64,000 nt of DNA, taken from the NCBI GenBank assembly GCA_963808135.1, contig CAWEFA010000027.1, forward strand, positions 66,416 to 130,415, given 5' to 3'. The stretch comes from an uncultured Bacteroidota bacterium (GTDB taxonomy: Bacteria > Bacteroidota > Bacteroidia > Bacteroidales > DTGW01). Under the pieces are notes generated by a model that made no database searches, was not told where the DNA came from, and was given only the letters and a program-made list of their open reading frames with translations. Within the stretch, counting starts at the first letter, position 1; the number at the start of each line of letters is the position of its first letter. Shown here piece after piece: positions 61,227 to 64,000 of the stretch. The position numbers and the translations under genes are program-made.

Positions 61227-61853
61227 ATGGTAAATTATTATTTGCAAAATAAGAACCTCTTAATCTTTTATTTACTTATTGTTTTATTGGGTACATTAAC
61301 AGGCCCGTTGGCATATATTGTAATCCCACTTTTATTTATTTATCATTTTGGGAAACAGAATATATTCTATATTTTTTTTGGTGTATTTTTCATCCTTCTT
61401 CTTTCCGATAGCCGACAATCTTTTTTTCATTTTGCAATTAACATTAAGCCTTATTTAGTAGTTTTGGTATTTTTATTTTATTTGTTGGGTTCTAATAAAT
61501 TAAGTTTTTTTTATCTTAAACCGTTTATCCCATTTTTTGGTATTGCTGCATTTAGCATATTATACAGCCCTGATATAAATACTTCCATCCTTAAAACTTC
61601 TTCTTACTTTATTATGCTTTTTATAATTCCGTCTTTGCTTACTATCTTGTTGCGCCAGAATAAAGAATATATTATCAAAGGAATCGTATATTTTAATTTA
61701 CTGATTATAGCTATTGGGATTGTTCTTTATTTTATAGCGCCGGGAATTGTAATATTTAAAGGGGACAGGTATTCGGCCCGAAATGAAAACCCATTTCATC
61801 CTGATAACCCACGGGGATCCACGCTCCGATGGCGGCCCGGAAGGCGGCAATGA
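61227..61853 (+). CDS. Wzy/O-antigen-polymerase-like membrane protein, truncated at the compositional breakpoint
   Basis: About 180 residues of consecutive TM helices end in FKGDRYS (compare the G-x-R-x-S-G region of O-antigen ligase/polymerase proteins). The last ~25 codons (ARNENPFHPDNPRGSTLRWRPGRRQ*) read into GC-rich DNA and are not membrane-protein-like. Confidence 0.5.
   Translation: MVNYYLQNKNLLIFYLLIVLLGTLTGPLAYIVIPLLFIYHFGKQNIFYIFFGVFFILLLSDSRQSFFHFAINIKPYLVVLVFLFYLLGSNKLSFFYLKPFIPFFGIAAFSILYSPDINTSILKTSSYFIMLFIIPSLLTILLRQNKEYIIKGIVYFNLLIIAIGIVLYFIAPGIVIFKGDRYSARNENPFHPDNPRGSTLRWRPGRRQ
61760..61810. other. Compositional breakpoint: AT-rich Bacteroidota-like DNA to the left, GC-rich DNA to the right
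   Basis: By eye the base composition changes from roughly one-third G+C to roughly 60 percent G+C within a few tens of bases. The ORF track switches from one long ORF per locus to overlapping long ORFs in several frames. Confidence 0.8.
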
Positions 61854-62342
61854 TTGACCGTAGATCACGATGCCGAATCCGGTGCGCGGGTTTGTTTCTA
61901 TGATGTGGCATGGTCGAATTAACCCCGCTGGCGATGTGGGCGCAATGGGGTGTTCTCCCAAAGTGGTGGCCGCCGGCAATGGCTGGCACGCCGCAACGGA
62001 GCGCGAGGACGTCGACTCGCAGCGGCACGCCAGATCGGACGCCGTGGATGATTTCAAGCGATTCGGTCTGGCCACCGGCTGCGGGCCGAACCTCGGCCTG
62101 GCATTGGGACAATCCGCTCGTCGGCAAATGGTGGCCCTGACGCAGTCCGTGGCCAGATTCAGCTTCAATTCCGCACTCCGCATTCCGAAATCATCGTCTG
62201 ACCGGCACGCCGCAAGGAGTTGGGGAATGGCGGGGCAACGAATCCTGGTGCCAAAGTTCAATTCACTGACTTTTTCTCGCTGATTTTATCGGCTCGGTAT
62301 ATTCTGGCAAGGGATGCGGCGCGCGGGTTTGCAGCTCATTGA

Positions 62343-62516
62343 AGCTTGTGGCAGGAAGGGTTTGGCACGTTTAGCATCGGCGTGTCAGGCGTAGAAGATA
62401 TGATTCATTATATTCAGACGCAGGAGGAACATCACCGGAAGAAAAGTTTCCGCGAGGAGTTGGAAGTTTTTCTCAAGAAGCACGGATATGACTACAAGGC
62501 GGAGATGTTGGATTGA
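62343..62516 (+). pseudogene. IS200/RayT-like (Y1) transposase, C-terminal remnant
   Basis: SLWQEGFGTFSIGVSGVEDMIHYIQTQEEHHRKKSFREELEVFLKKHGYDYKAEMLD* matches the conserved tail (WQ.GYgaFSvs......v..YI.NQ..HH....F..E) of REP-associated tyrosine transposases. A TGA lies immediately upstream at 62340..62342 and the N-terminal HUH part is absent. Confidence 0.7.
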
Positions 62517-62755
62517 AGTTCTTTCGTCCCTTTGGGACTTAATGATATGTTGATGACGTTTAACCCTGCCATAAATGGCTGGGCTATTTTCAACGAAGTC
62601 AGCCTCACCGCCGGCCGCGTCATGGCCAAACGCCGAGCGAGGTTTGCGGCCTGCCGGAAAGCAAACCGCTCTGGCGCGCGGGACGCGGCTTCGTCGTCCG
62701 CGACCTGCCGTGAACGGTTGTCCCCTGCCGCTGGCCGCAAACCAGCAAACCAGCA

Positions 62756-62786
62756 TTGACAGAATCAGACTTGGAAACTACATAAT
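62756..62786 (+). promoter_or_regulatory. Possible sigma-70-type promoter for the NRPS gene
   Basis: TTGACA lies at 62756..62761, with TACATA after a 17-nt spacer or CATAAT at 62781..62786 after a 19-nt spacer. A GAGGG Shine-Dalgarno sequence sits 7 nt before the ATG at 62816. Confidence 0.25.
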
Positions 62787-62815
62787 CTCCCGGTCAAGCT
62801 CAAAGAGGGCGCGTC

Positions 62816-64000
62816 ATGAATCATTTTGGCAACGTCAGCAACGAACAGGGCGGAGTGAAAACACCTTTCCCATGCGGTCGCTCGGTTGTGGACTTTCTTC
62901 GTGAAATCGTCCGGGCGCAGCCCAATTTGCCGGCCGTCAAAGATGCTGGCCGGACCATGACGCATGAGGAGCTGGACTTGAGATCGAATCTCGTGGCCGA
63001 TCGCCTCAAGCGGTGCGGGCTTCATTTGGAAGAGCCGGTCGCCATATTGATTCCTGCGTCGGGCGAATATGTCGTGGCGATGCTTGGCATCCTCAAGGCG
63101 GGCGGCGCTTATGTGCCACTGGATCCAAACGTGCCGGTTCGGCGGCTGGAATTTTTGCTGCAAGACAGCGGCAGCCGGTTCGCCTTGACCGATGCGGCGG
63201 GCACCAAACGGATCGGCGGATGGTCAGGCACGACCTTGGATCTGGCGGCCATCATCGGCCAGCCCGGCCCGGAGGCTCACAAAATTTCCGGCGTTCCTTC
63301 CGACCCCAATCGCCGGGCATACATCATCTATACCTCGGGTTCGACCGGGCAGCCCAAGGGCGTGGAGATTGAACATCATTCGCTGACGAACCTCGTCTGT
63401 GCCTATCACGAAAGATTTAATCTGAGCGCGCGAGATCGCTCCACGCTGTTTGCCAATGTCGCTTTTGACGCCTCGGTGGCGGATGTCTGGCCGACGCTTT
63501 GCGCCAGCGGCTGTCTGGTCGTCCCACCCAGGGAACTGATCCAGCATCCGGACTGTTTGATCGCCTGGCTGGCGGACGAGGAAATCACTTGGACGTTTGT
63601 GCCGACCGGCCTGGCGGAAATTTTGTTTGACCGCGTGTGGCCGGCGCAGGTGGCACTGCGCTTTCTGATGACCGGTGGCGACCGGCTGCGGGTCCGCCCG
63701 CCGCAAAATTTGCCCTTCACCGTGCTGAATGCCTATGGCCCGACTGAAAACACGGTGATCAGCACCTGGTCAGTGCTCAAAGCACAAAATGACAATTCGC
63801 AATTGCCTGCCATCGGCCGCCCCATTGCCAACGTGCAAACCTTTGTGCTGGACGAACACGGCCAACCCGTTGCCGATGGTGTGGCCGGCGAGCTTTATCT
63901 GGGTGGTGAACAGGTTGCGCGCGGCTATCTTGGCCAACCCGCGCTGAGACCGCAGAACGCTTTGTCTCCAATCCATTCACCGGATTGCCGGAGGCCCGGA
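62816..64000 (+). CDS. Non-ribosomal peptide synthetase, N-terminal adenylation domain (open at the right edge)
   Basis: Not in the ORF track because no stop occurs before the window end. An upstream in-frame TAA lies at 62783..62785. My translation from the ATG at 62816 contains LKAGGAYVPLDP (A2), AYIIYTSGSTGQPKGV (A3, 63317..63361), FDASV (A4), NAYGPTE (A5, from 63728) and GELYLGGEQVARGYL (A6). Confidence 0.85.
   Translation, partial: MNHFGNVSNEQGGVKTPFPCGRSVVDFLREIVRAQPNLPAVKDAGRTMTHEELDLRSNLVADRLKRCGLHLEEPVAILIPASGEYVVAMLGILKAGGAYVPLDPNVPVRRLEFLLQDSGSRFALTDAAGTKRIGGWSGTTLDLAAIIGQPGPEAHKISGVPSDPNRRAYIIYTSGSTGQPKGVEIEHHSLTNLVCAYHERFNLSARDRSTLFANVAFDASVADVWPTLCASGCLVVPPRELIQHPDCLIAWLADEEITWTFVPTGLAEILFDRVWPAQVALRFLMTGGDRLRVRPPQNLPFTVLNAYGPTENTVISTWSVLKAQNDNSQLPAIGRPIANVQTFVLDEHGQPVADGVAGELYLGGEQVARGYLGQPALRPQNALSPIHSPDCRRPG

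Noticed and set aside
62385-63980. Minus-strand and out-of-frame ORFs over the NRPS and its upstream region (62385..62756, 62765..63163, 63224..63706, 63406..63720, 63770..63976, 63013..63372 and others)
   Set aside because: At this GC content stop codons are rare in all frames. Only the frame starting at 62816 carries the ordered A2-A6 adenylation motifs.
1-64000. CRISPR arrays, rRNA or tRNA genes, prophage or known defence-system genes other than hipBA
   Set aside because: I saw no regularly spaced direct repeats, no rRNA-like or cloverleaf segments, and no integrase, terminase, capsid, restriction or Cas-like motifs in any of the translated ORFs.

Overview
Composite 64-kb window with four parts. 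(1) 1-2.4 kb: a hipBA-like toxin-antitoxin pair at the left edge, then mobile-element debris (RhuM remnant, frameshifted IS1-family transposase, truncated IS1634-like transposase) that has removed the 5' part of ung. (2) 2.4-27.5 kb: visibly AT-rich, Bacteroidota-like housekeeping and envelope genes. These are DUF2461, a heavily decayed YfhO gene, mpg, an O-antigen-ligase-like protein, an operon of large uncharacterised envelope proteins, DUF502, YjbR, YraN, dapF-ispG, a SPOR-Wza-Wzc export operon, Usp and a lipocalin. (3) 27.7-61.8 kb: one UpxY-headed, entirely plus-strand, ~34-kb surface-polysaccharide locus with more than 30 genes. It holds two paralogous oxidoreductase/acetyltransferase/aminotransferase triads, an Arn-like polyprenyl-phosphate aminosugar module ending in a GT-C transferase, and a nonulosonic-acid-like module (SpsF-type cytidylyltransferase fused to a GT2, class-III aminotransferase, GNAT, SDR, methyltransferases, NeuB-like synthase). 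It also holds Wzx, GT4 enzymes, a second GT-C protein, a Wzy-like protein, several orphan ORFs and duplicated GT2 gene stubs. (4) At ~61.78 kb the composition switches abruptly to GC-rich DNA in the middle of the Wzy-like gene. The last 2.2 kb carries an IS200/RayT-like transposase remnant with REP-like hairpins and the start of an NRPS (adenylation domain, open at the window end and absent from the ORF track). About twenty reading-frame breaks are scattered over the window, most at short homopolymers, so either sequence quality is poor or the genome is decaying. I saw no rRNA, tRNA or CRISPR array. All family calls come from motif recognition by eye, not from searches.
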